From Bacteroidales bacterium (lineage in GTDB: Bacteria > Bacteroidota > Bacteroidia > Bacteroidales > BM520), in assembly GCA_031276035.1 (NCBI GenBank), contig JAISNV010000001.1, positions 140,062 to 204,061 on the forward strand: a stretch of 64,000 nt of DNA, in the 5' to 3' direction. The position numbers and the translations under genes are program-made. The notes below the pieces were generated by a model. The model was given only the letters and a program-made list of their open reading frames with translations. It was not told where the DNA came from and did not search any database. Positions 11,169 through 19,360 of the stretch are shown here, one piece after another. The first letter of the stretch is position 1. Each line of letters begins with the position of its first letter.

Positions 11169-11200
11169 AAAAAAAAAGCCGCAACAATAATGTTGCGGCT
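11169..11200 (-). terminator. Rho-independent terminator after the OmpA-family gene
   Basis: A perfect 10-bp stem, agccgcaaca (11177-11186) with tgttgcggct (11191-11200), and a 4-nt loop. The plus-strand A-run 11169-11177 reads as a T-tract on the minus-strand transcript. Confidence 0.8.
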
Positions 11201-11219
11201 TTAACTTTTTATTTATAAA

Positions 11220-13694
11220 TTATTGTTTGTCGATGAAAGATATTTCAATTTCAACTCTACGGTTTTTAGCACGACCGTCTTTTGTATTATTTGGTGCTAC
11301 GGGTTTACGAGAACCTTCATAATCAAGTGAAATAACTCTATCATTAACACCTTTTTCAACTAAATAATTCTTAACGCTTTTAGCTCTTTGTAATGACAAT
11401 GGATCATTAATTTTATCATTACCTGTAGCATCAGCATGACCAATTATATATATATTTCTTGGTTTATTATTTTTACTAAGTGCTATTACATACTCATCTA
11501 AGAATTTCTTAGCTTCGTCTTTAAGAGTAGCTTTATTAGTATCAAAGTGTACACCATCTAACATTTCGTATTTAAGTGCACCTTCTGGACAACCATTGAA
11601 CTCAATAGTACCTGGCAAATCAGGACATTCGTCTATATCATCAGGAATACCGTCACCATCTCTATCCATTATGAAATATGATTCCGGACAACCTTTGAAT
11701 TTTTCAAGACCTGCTTCTTCAGGACAAAGATCAAGATGATCAGGAATACCGTCGCCATCCGTATCTGGGCAACCGTTAAATTTAGCTAAACCTGCTACAT
11801 CCGGGCATTCATCTAATTTATCAATGATACCGTCACCATCTCTATCAGGACAACCGTTAAATTCAACTAAGCCGGCTTCACATGGGCATTCGTCTTCGCT
11901 ATCAACTATGCCGTCGCCATCTGTATCGGGACAGCCTCTGGTTTCCCATGTACCTTGTTGATACGGACATTCGTCACGTCTATCTGAAACTCCATCATTA
12001 TCTTTGTCTTTAGGAGCACGATACATTATTGGTATCTTAACAGCCGCACTTATGTCTATTCCTTCCCAATATTTCGTAAAACAATTTGTAATAATTGTAT
12101 TAGAACCTATCCAAACAGGACCTAAGCGTAATCCGAGACCAACATCAACTTGTGCTTTATTAGTTAATTGATATGTAACCGGAATTGCAAATCCAAACCA
12201 TTTTCTCTCATATCTCGGTGTTAAATTGAAAGAAGCATTAGAATGTAAATTGACAACGTTATAAGAACTATTTTCAAATTCAGTTACTTTATGACCTGTA
12301 AATGTTGAAAAAGGCACATAAGCTCCTAAGTTAACATAAAAATTAGCTCCCAAATAAAAATCAATTGACAAAGTAGCTGTCGGAGAAAGTTTCATTGCAT
12401 AAATAGTATCATTTCCTGTAGCGTTCAATGTGCTGTTTGCTTCATTTCCGAAAGTATTTTCCGCAACTGCATTCATTTCTTCAGTACCTGTAAGTACATT
12501 ATTAAATAATGAAGTGGAGAATAGACCGTTATTAGAAGTAGCCATATTATATGCAAGGTTGGAATCTCTAGTAAATTTTATTCCACCGTTAAGATTAATG
12601 TCTACAACAGCAACACTGATTTTCATTCTATATTTATTTTTGTCTTTTCTAACCAAACCGGTTTTTCCGTCCATATCATATAGATAATCATCAAAATCAG
12701 GTCTCCATTCATATACTAAACCAACATCTAATCCGAATCCCAAATTTTTCCAATATTTTGATTCGAATGGTTGTGTGAAGAATTTGTTTGTGGCAGCGTT
12801 CATATAATCAAGTGTTTTTTCAGACCAGCGAGTATTATTTTCACCTGCATCAGAGTAAAGACCATTAGCTTGATTTTCTTTAATAGCTTGCATTTCATCA
12901 TTAACATCAGCAGAAACACCCCACATAAAATTTCCGTCAATAGTTACATTGCCATCATTATCATATTGATAATTAAGATTATCTGAGACAAGATAGCCAG
13001 AAGATAATCCCTGCCAAATTTTGAATGAAGCACCAAATTTAATATAATGTTTACCACCATCCCAAATTTGTGACGCAAGAGAAATACCAATTTCGTTCCA
13101 TGTTGCTGCTGCAAATCTGAATTCACCATTCTCAATTCTTCCTAAGTCTGATTGCGGGCCTTGATAAAACATTGACTCCATCATTCCCCATGAAGCATTA
13201 TCGAAATTAGCAATTGTTCTTACTCTTTCGGTAATACCAAATGAAAATTTCGGACCACATGCAATCATGAAATTAAAAATTTGTATTTCACTCTGCAAAA
13301 CTGCTGAATAGCTTTTATCACTTTCCTCCGGGCGAATCAAATATTTTTGGTCGGCACCGTTATCAACTGGTAATAACCATGGGCTTTCGTGCCAAAGGCT
13401 TCTCCATGCATCACGTTTTCTACCGTTAAAATTCAATTGGTTAAACATGAATTTTCTTTGTGCGCCAAAATAATTTTGATTAAAAGATGAAGACATTCCT
13501 ACTAAGGTAATATCAACAACATAACGCGAATTCGCAATTGATGCTGGATTATTATATACCCCTGATATGCCTGCATAATTATCACCAAAATACTGAGAAA
13601 AATTTTGAGCCTTAACCCCAGGTGCAAAAATCAACATTAATATGCTGACAATTAATGCACATTTTGTAATTCGTAAAGTTTGTTTCATAATCAT
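11220..13694 (-). CDS. OmpA-family outer-membrane protein with a large N-terminal barrel-like domain, thrombospondin type-3 Ca-binding repeats and a C-terminal OmpA_C domain
   Basis: 824 aa with a signal peptide '...FAPGVKAQ'. It has repeated 'CPDxDGDGIxDxxDxCP' units. The C-terminus '...GHADATGNDKINDPLSLQRAKSV...NRRVEI' is the OmpA/MotB peptidoglycan-binding motif. Confidence 0.88.
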   Translation of the reverse strand: MIMKQTLRITKCALIVSILMLIFAPGVKAQNFSQYFGDNYAGISGVYNNPASIANSRYVVDITLVGMSSSFNQNYFGAQRKFMFNQLNFNGRKRDAWRSLWHESPWLLPVDNGADQKYLIRPEESDKSYSAVLQSEIQIFNFMIACGPKFSFGITERVRTIANFDNASWGMMESMFYQGPQSDLGRIENGEFRFAAATWNEIGISLASQIWDGGKHYIKFGASFKIWQGLSSGYLVSDNLNYQYDNDGNVTIDGNFMWGVSADVNDEMQAIKENQANGLYSDAGENNTRWSEKTLDYMNAATNKFFTQPFESKYWKNLGFGLDVGLVYEWRPDFDDYLYDMDGKTGLVRKDKNKYRMKISVAVVDINLNGGIKFTRDSNLAYNMATSNNGLFSTSLFNNVLTGTEEMNAVAENTFGNEANSTLNATGNDTIYAMKLSPTATLSIDFYLGANFYVNLGAYVPFSTFTGHKVTEFENSSYNVVNLHSNASFNLTPRYERKWFGFAIPVTYQLTNKAQVDVGLGLRLGPVWIGSNTIITNCFTKYWEGIDISAAVKIPIMYRAPKDKDNDGVSDRRDECPYQQGTWETRGCPDTDGDGIVDSEDECPCEAGLVEFNGCPDRDGDGIIDKLDECPDVAGLAKFNGCPDTDGDGIPDHLDLCPEEAGLEKFKGCPESYFIMDRDGDGIPDDIDECPDLPGTIEFNGCPEGALKYEMLDGVHFDTNKATLKDEAKKFLDEYVIALSKNNKPRNIYIIGHADATGNDKINDPLSLQRAKSVKNYLVEKGVNDRVISLDYEGSRKPVAPNNTKDGRAKNRRVEIEISFIDKQ
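11585..12012 (-). repeat. In-frame tandem repeats encoding about 5-6 thrombospondin type-3 / 'NGCPD-DGDGI-D' modules
   Basis: The nucleotide strings 'ccgtcaccatc' / 'ccgtcgccatc' and 'ggacaaccgttaaa' recur. The translated repeats are 'FNGCPDTDGDGIPD', 'FNGCPDRDGDGIID' and 'RGCPDTDGDGIVD'. Confidence 0.75.
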
Positions 13695-13764
13695 TTATTT
13701 ATTTTATACTTAATTAATTACATAAAAATATAATAATGCTATTATACGACCATAATAAACAATG

Positions 13765-13772
13765 CAAATTTA
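13765..13772 (-). promoter_or_regulatory. -7 box TAAATTTG upstream of the OmpA-family gene
   Basis: Plus-strand CAAATTTA, about 70 nt upstream of the ATG, inside a 370-bp AT-rich divergent region. Confidence 0.4.
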
Positions 13773-14044
13773 ATAAAATTTAAATAACAACTCATTTTTT
13801 TTACAAAAAAAAATAAAAAAATAACAATCACATATAATCACGGTTGATAATCTGCTAATTAAGCGATTATGAAACTTTTTAAATTTTATCCATATTTATT
13901 TTTTTCAAACAATTTAAGTAATTTTTACAAGATAAAAATACAATTTCATATTTAATATAAATAGATTTTTTTAATATTTTTCAAATATTTAAGTGCAATT
14001 CTAATAATCATATTCTATCTATTGCAGAATTACTAAAAATAACT

Positions 14045-14052
14045 TACCTTTG
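14045..14052 (+). promoter_or_regulatory. -7 box TACCTTTG for tRNA-Val
   Basis: An exact TAnnTTTG match, 13 nt upstream of the mature tRNA 5' end. Confidence 0.6.
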
Positions 14053-14064
14053 CACATTAAAATT

Positions 14065-14139
14065 GAGATATTAGCTCAGTTGGTTTAGAGCGCTTGCTTG
14101 ACAGGCAAGAGGTCACCGGTTCGAATCCTGTATGTCTCA
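14065..14139 (+). tRNA. tRNA-Val (anticodon GAC)
   Basis: 75-nt cloverleaf. The acceptor GAGATAT pairs with ATGTCTC, the D-arm is GCTC/GAGC, the anticodon stem is CTTGC/GCAAG with loop TTGACAG, and the T-loop is TTCGAAT. Confidence 0.9.
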
Positions 14140-14221
14140 CATTAGAATCTCAGACAATAGTATTAAAATCATCTGGATTTATTTGATAAATACTTGTGGA
14201 ACTATAATTTAACTTTAACTC

Positions 14222-15220
14222 CTAATTTATAATTTTTAACTCTATATACACCGGTAGGTGATCCCCAAAACCACCTAAATATTCGGCCCCTGAGAATGTT
14301 CTAAATACTTTTTTCCCTCCAAATTTTTTATCTTCAATAAAAAGAAAATCAAAATCTGCAATATAGGCTTTATTATTTACAACATATATCTGATTATAAT
14401 TATCATACAACAAGTTTTCAGTAATTATTATTTGATCAAAAAAGTTCCATAACGCAGCATGTTTTAACGTTCCTATTTCACTTGTTTTCAACAGATTTTC
14501 CATAAGATTTACTAGTCTGTTACCAGATAAAAATTGTTTGATACTCGCATCATCCGGATTATCATTCATATCTCCCATGATTATTATTTTTGCATTTGTT
14601 TCTAAATCTAAAATAGAATCTGCCTTGGAACGTAGAAATCCTGCCACATAATTCCTTTTTTCTACAGTAGCTCCTATTCCACCATAGCGTGAAGGAAAAT
14701 GACAAACAAAAACATGCAAAGTATCATTACTAATTCTCCCTACAACATGCAAAATATCTCTAGTTTTTGAGATAGTATCACCGAACATTATAACAGGAAT
14801 TGCTTCGTGATAAAATAATTCGAAAACATCAGGCATGTACAATAATGCAACATCAATTCCCCGTGGATCATTCGATTCATAATGAATAAATGAATAATTA
14901 AGTTTTTTCAATGGAGTTTCCTGAAGCAATTTACTCAGAACAAATTTATTTTCAACTTCACAAATACCAACTATTGCGGCCGGATAATCAGCATTTAACG
15001 CAGCAATCAGTTTATAAAGATTGTTTAATTTGTTTTGTAATTTCTTTGAAGTCCATCCTCGAATTCCCTGAGGAGTAAAATCGTCATCATTTTTATTCGG
15101 ATCATTATAAGTATCAAACAGATTTTCAAAATTATAGAAACACACTCTATAGATTGAATCATTAGAATAAGAAAATTGTGAAAAGAAAAATAAAAATAAC
15201 AAAACGTAAAATTGTTTCAT
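14222..15220 (-). CDS. Secreted endonuclease/exonuclease/phosphatase (EEP) family protein
   Basis: 332 aa with a signal peptide, 'FYNFENLFD' near the N-terminus, 'IIMGDMND', and the C-terminal EEP catalytic His motif 'FGDHLPVYIEL'. Confidence 0.75.
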   Translation of the reverse strand: MKQFYVLLFLFFFSQFSYSNDSIYRVCFYNFENLFDTYNDPNKNDDDFTPQGIRGWTSKKLQNKLNNLYKLIAALNADYPAAIVGICEVENKFVLSKLLQETPLKKLNYSFIHYESNDPRGIDVALLYMPDVFELFYHEAIPVIMFGDTISKTRDILHVVGRISNDTLHVFVCHFPSRYGGIGATVEKRNYVAGFLRSKADSILDLETNAKIIIMGDMNDNPDDASIKQFLSGNRLVNLMENLLKTSEIGTLKHAALWNFFDQIIITENLLYDNYNQIYVVNNKAYIADFDFLFIEDKKFGGKKVFRTFSGAEYLGGFGDHLPVYIELKIIN

Positions 15221-15466
15221 AACAAATCTTTACTTCAAATTGCAGTAATAGTTGTTTTGTTACCTAAGCTTAATAAATTTTAAGTAAGAATAGTTAAAAG
15301 ATAAAAAGTAAATATAAAATTATGCGAATTGAAATCATTCGTAATCAACAATTTGAATTGCAAAAATAGACCTGAAATTAGATAGCTGAAATTTCTATCT
15401 TAATATTTAATGTTAAGATAATATTTTAGAATTTCGAACAAAAAATCGTGACTTTCTTATCCCTGA

Positions 15467-16252
15467 TTATTCATTATCCTTAACATCCTTCCAAACTTCT
15501 TCCATTTCATTGAGAGTCATGTCGGAAATAGATTTACCACGTTCTTTTACAATTTCCTCGAGTTTAGTAAATCTGTCTATAAACTTTTTGTTACTTTTCT
15601 CTAAAGCTGTTTCGGGATTTACATCAATAAATCTAGCATAATTTACCAATGCAAAAAGTAAATCGCCAAATTCCATTTCAATATTTTCCTTACTTTCGCC
15701 GGTCCTTAATTCTTCTTGAAGTTCGCCAATTTCTTCTTCGACCTTTTTCCAAACTTGTTCGGTATTATCCCAATCGAAGCCGATACCATGTGCTTTATCC
15801 TGAATTCGATACGCTTTTATTAATGACGGCAAAGAAGACGGCACACCTGAAAATACAGATTTCCTATCTTTTTCTTTTAATTTGATTTTTTCCCAATTGA
15901 CTTTTACTTCCTCATCCGTTTCGGCATCAACATCACTAAAAATATGTGGATGTCGTCTTATCAATTTTTCATTAATATTTTCCAAAACATCAGAAATATC
16001 AAAATGTTCTGTTCCGGTACGTTCTGTTCCGATTTTAGCATAAAAAACAATATGAAGAAGCAAATCGCCCAACTCTTTTTTTATTTCCTGGTAATCATCG
16101 ACCAATATAGCGTCGGCTAATTCATAAGTTTCTTCAATGGTTAAATGTCTAAGACTATGAATATCTTGTTTTTTATCCCAAGGACATTCGGCTCTCAATT
16201 TATCCATTATATCGAGTAGTTCTCGAAATAATATTTCTGGTGACGGTTTCAT
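15467..16252 (-). CDS. mazG: Nucleoside triphosphate pyrophosphohydrolase MazG
   Basis: 261 aa with two tandem MazG domains: 'EETYELADAI...ELGDLLLHIVFYA' and 'EEIGELQEEL...EFGDLLFALVNYAR'. Confidence 0.9.
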   Translation of the reverse strand: MKPSPEILFRELLDIMDKLRAECPWDKKQDIHSLRHLTIEETYELADAILVDDYQEIKKELGDLLLHIVFYAKIGTERTGTEHFDISDVLENINEKLIRRHPHIFSDVDAETDEEVKVNWEKIKLKEKDRKSVFSGVPSSLPSLIKAYRIQDKAHGIGFDWDNTEQVWKKVEEEIGELQEELRTGESKENIEMEFGDLLFALVNYARFIDVNPETALEKSNKKFIDRFTKLEEIVKERGKSISDMTLNEMEEVWKDVKDNE

Positions 16253-16258
16253 TTAATT

Positions 16259-17734
16259 TTAATATGAACGTGCAAAAATAACTCTTCTCTTGCTCGGTTT
16301 TCCCGAATAAACACAAAAACCTTCTTCACAATTTTCATCCATAGGAATAACTCTTATTGTTGCTTTGGTCTTTTCTTTTATTTCAGTTTCAGTTTCGCTT
16401 GTACCATCCCAATGAGCGCAAACAAATCCGCCTTTATTTTCAATAATATCGCAAAACTCTTCCCAAGTATCCGCAACAAAAGTCATTTCTTCTCTATAAT
16501 TCAATGCTTTATCATACAAATTAGTTTGAATTGCATCCAAAAGGTTATATACTTTTTCCGAAATATCCGCTATTTGCATAATGTTCTTTTCAAGCGTATC
16601 TCTACGGGTAACTTCTATAGTACCTTGTTCAAGATCGCGAGGACCAATAGCAAGACGCACAGGAACGCCTTTGAATTCATATTCATTAAACTTCCAACCC
16701 GGACGATACTGATCTCTATCATCATATTTTACACTAACACCTTTTGCTTCCAACTCTTTTTTAATTTTTAAAACAGTTTCGGAAATCAGAGCAAGTTGTT
16801 CTTCATTTTTATATATAGGAATGATAACAACCTGAACAGGAGCGAGTTTTGGAGGAAGAACCAATCCATTGTCATCTGAATGAGACATGATTAAAGCACC
16901 TATCAATCGGGTAGAAACACCCCATGATGTTGCCCATACATATTGTTGTGTATTATCTTTATCCAAAAATTTAACATCGAATGCTTTTGCAAAATTTTGG
17001 CCAAGGAAATGAGATGTTCCTGCCTGCAAAGCTTTACCGTCTTGCATCAACGCTTCAATGCAATAAGTTTCTATTGCACCGGCAAAACGCTCATTAGGCG
17101 ATTTTGTTCCTTTCAGAACCGGTACAGCCATATAATTTTCCACGAAATCAGCATAAACATTCATCATTTGTTCAGCCTCTTTTATTGCTTCTTCGCTTGT
17201 TGCATGGGCGGTATGACCTTCTTGCCAAAGAAACTCGGCTGTACGAAGGAATAATCTTGTACGCATCTCCCATCTAACCACATTGGCCCACTGATTTATT
17301 AAAATCGGTAAATCTCTATATGATTGTATCCAGTTTTTATACGAATCCCAAATAATTGTTTCTGAAGTAGGTCTGACAATTAATTCTTCTTCAAGCTTAG
17401 CGGCCGGATCTACTATAACCGTATTGTTTTCAGGATCATTTTTAAGACGATAATGTGTAACAACAGCACATTCCTTTGCAAAACCCTCTACATGTTTAGC
17501 TTCACGACTGAAAAATGATTTAGGGATAAATAATGGAAAGTAAGCGTTTGTATGACCCGTATCTTTAAACATTTTATCGAGGACATCGCGCATTTTTTCC
17601 CAAAGCGCATAACCGTATGGTTTAATAACCATACACCCTCTTACAGATGAATTTTCTGCCAAATCAGCTCGTTGTACAATATCATTGTACCATTGCGAGT
17701 AATTCTCATCTCTTGTAGTAAAATCTTTTGCCAT
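16259..17734 (-). CDS. proS: Prolyl-tRNA synthetase, archaeal/eukaryote-like class II type common in Bacteroidota
   Basis: 491 aa. The N-terminus is '[23 protein letters not shown]...[10 protein letters not shown]', with class II motifs ('[16 protein letters not shown]') and the C-terminal ending '...RVIFARSY'. Confidence 0.93.
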   Translation of the reverse strand: MAKDFTTRDENYSQWYNDIVQRADLAENSSVRGCMVIKPYGYALWEKMRDVLDKMFKDTGHTNAYFPLFIPKSFFSREAKHVEGFAKECAVVTHYRLKNDPENNTVIVDPAAKLEEELIVRPTSETIIWDSYKNWIQSYRDLPILINQWANVVRWEMRTRLFLRTAEFLWQEGHTAHATSEEAIKEAEQMMNVYADFVENYMAVPVLKGTKSPNERFAGAIETYCIEALMQDGKALQAGTSHFLGQNFAKAFDVKFLDKDNTQQYVWATSWGVSTRLIGALIMSHSDDNGLVLPPKLAPVQVVIIPIYKNEEQLALISETVLKIKKELEAKGVSVKYDDRDQYRPGWKFNEYEFKGVPVRLAIGPRDLEQGTIEVTRRDTLEKNIMQIADISEKVYNLLDAIQTNLYDKALNYREEMTFVADTWEEFCDIIENKGGFVCAHWDGTSETETEIKEKTKATIRVIPMDENCEEGFCVYSGKPSKRRVIFARSY

Positions 17735-17786
17735 TTTCTGAAATTTGGTATAATAATTGCATTGATAATGCTCAATTAATAAAGTG

Positions 17787-17794
17787 CAAAAGTA
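17787..17794 (-). promoter_or_regulatory. -7 box TACTTTTG upstream of proS-mazG
   Basis: Plus-strand CAAAAGTA, 53 nt upstream of the proS ATG. Confidence 0.45.
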
Positions 17795-17828
17795 ATAATT
17801 TTAAATTAATTTATGGAGGAAACAAGAA

Positions 17829-19274
17829 ATGAAAACAATTAAATTATCAATCGGAATGTTGTTGGTTTTGTTAATCTCTGCCTGTTCATCGGTTTCAAAT
17901 ATCAGTGCTTATGATGATATTTATTATGACGGTGAAAATGCTTCGAGAACCACAACACATATTGCAAAGCAGACACCTCCTGAAAGCACAAATGGTTCAT
18001 TGGAGGAAATAGACATAAGTTCTTACAATGATTTTGAATATTCATCAAGAATTAGAAGATTTAATTCCGACTATACTACTGATGATTATTATGATGATTT
18101 TTACACAAGTGAATATTATTACACCGGTGATGCTTCTAATTCAGGAACAACCATTTACATAAACAATTATGGCGGTTTCGGATACTCAACTCCTTATATC
18201 GGAATAGGTATAGGATTAGGTTGGTATTATGGTTGGAATCCTTATAATAGTTGGTATTACAGGTCTTATAGCCCTTGGTATTATGATCCTTGGTATTCGT
18301 GGGGTTGGGGTTATCCTTACTACGGTGGATATTACGGCGGTTATCATCACGGATATTGGAACGGTTATTGGGATGGCTACTGGCATGGTAACTGGGCAGG
18401 AAATAATCCTAATAAACCCGGACATCGCCCTACCGTTTATAACTCACCCCGTTCTCCAAGAAGCGGTCATGACGGAGTTTACGGTTCAACGGGATCTTCT
18501 ACGGTCGGCAGTAACAGACAAGGAAACAGCACGGGAAACGTTTCTAATAATAATGCTACTAATACAAATAATAACAGAACAAATGTTAACAATAACCGTG
18601 CAAATGCAAGCACAGGAAACAGAAGCGGATCTTCCACATCTAATGTGAGCACAAGTGAAAGAAATCCGCAAAATGTTACTTCAAATAACAATAATTCCAG
18701 CAGAGCAAACAGCTCAACCGGAAATACTTCAAACAATACTACCGGAAGCAGCAGATATGAAAAACCTTCTAACTATCAAACACCGAAAGTTACGGTACCG
18801 AAAAGTAGTGTAGATTATAACAATCCTCGTAGTAATAATTCTTCCGGTTCCAGTAACAGTAGCGTTAATCGCGGAAGCTCAAGCAACAGTTCTAATATTA
18901 CACCGTCTAATAGTGGTAACAGAAGTTCTTCATCAAACAGTAACAATGTTTCAACGCCGTCTAATAATAGCAACAGAAACAATACTACCGTAACACCAAA
19001 TAGAAGCAGCGGTAATTCCTCTTCAAGTTCAAACAGAGGGTCAACTACAATTACTCCTAACAGAAACAACAATAACAACTCATCTTCATACTCTACTCCG
19101 CAAAGGAATAATAGTTCCAGTAGCAGTTACTCTTCACCATCAAGAAGCAGCAGTTCTTCTTATTCGCCTTCTTCCGGTTCATCAAGTTCAGGATCAAGGA
19201 GCAGTAGCAGTTCTTCTTCGTCTTCCGGCTCAGGAAGTTCAAGAAGCAGCAGTAGCAGCGGTGGAAGAAGATAA
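17829..19274 (+). CDS. Low-complexity lipoprotein with a Tyr/Asp-rich N-region, a Trp/Tyr/Gly-rich block and a long Ser/Asn/Thr/Arg-rich tail
   Basis: 481 aa with a lipobox 'LLISACSS'. The aromatic block is 'GWYYGWNPYNSWYYRSYSPWYYDPWYSWGWGYPYYGGYYGGYHHGYWNGYWDGYWHGNWAG'. After it, nearly every residue to the C-terminus is S/N/T/G/R/P. A GGAGGA (17815-17820) lies 8 nt upstream of the ATG. Confidence 0.7.
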   Translation: MKTIKLSIGMLLVLLISACSSVSNISAYDDIYYDGENASRTTTHIAKQTPPESTNGSLEEIDISSYNDFEYSSRIRRFNSDYTTDDYYDDFYTSEYYYTGDASNSGTTIYINNYGGFGYSTPYIGIGIGLGWYYGWNPYNSWYYRSYSPWYYDPWYSWGWGYPYYGGYYGGYHHGYWNGYWDGYWHGNWAGNNPNKPGHRPTVYNSPRSPRSGHDGVYGSTGSSTVGSNRQGNSTGNVSNNNATNTNNNRTNVNNNRANASTGNRSGSSTSNVSTSERNPQNVTSNNNNSSRANSSTGNTSNNTTGSSRYEKPSNYQTPKVTVPKSSVDYNNPRSNNSSGSSNSSVNRGSSSNSSNITPSNSGNRSSSSNSNNVSTPSNNSNRNNTTVTPNRSSGNSSSSSNRGSTTITPNRNNNNNSSSYSTPQRNNSSSSSYSSPSRSSSSSYSPSSGSSSSGSRSSSSSSSSSGSGSSRSSSSSGGRR

Positions 19275-19288
19275 TAATTAATAATTTC

Positions 19289-19325
19289 GTGTGATATTAA
19301 TTAACAATTAGTATCACACTTTTTA
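19289..19325 (+). terminator. Hairpin plus T-tract after the low-complexity gene
   Basis: An 8-bp stem, gtgtgata (19289-19296) with tatcacac (19312-19319), followed by ttttta. Confidence 0.55.
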
Positions 19326-19360
19326 TATCAATATTAATTTAAATTAAAAATTACATTCAT

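Noticed and set aside
11585-12012. Repetitive DNA that could be mistaken for a CRISPR or other non-coding array
   Set aside because: The repeats are in frame within a long ORF and encode thrombospondin type-3 Ca-binding modules. There is no spacer-repeat periodicity, and no cas genes lie anywhere in the window.
18216-19078. Five alternative-frame or antisense ORFs (18216-18425, 18229-18648, 18479-18736, 18486-18671, 18815-19078) inside the low-complexity lipoprotein gene
   Set aside because: They are by-products of the repetitive GGT/TAT/TGG and AGC/AAC codon runs. Their translations are monotonous (I/V/T/G-rich or Leu-rich) and have no start context or independent signals. The sense frame has a lipoprotein signal peptide and a terminator.
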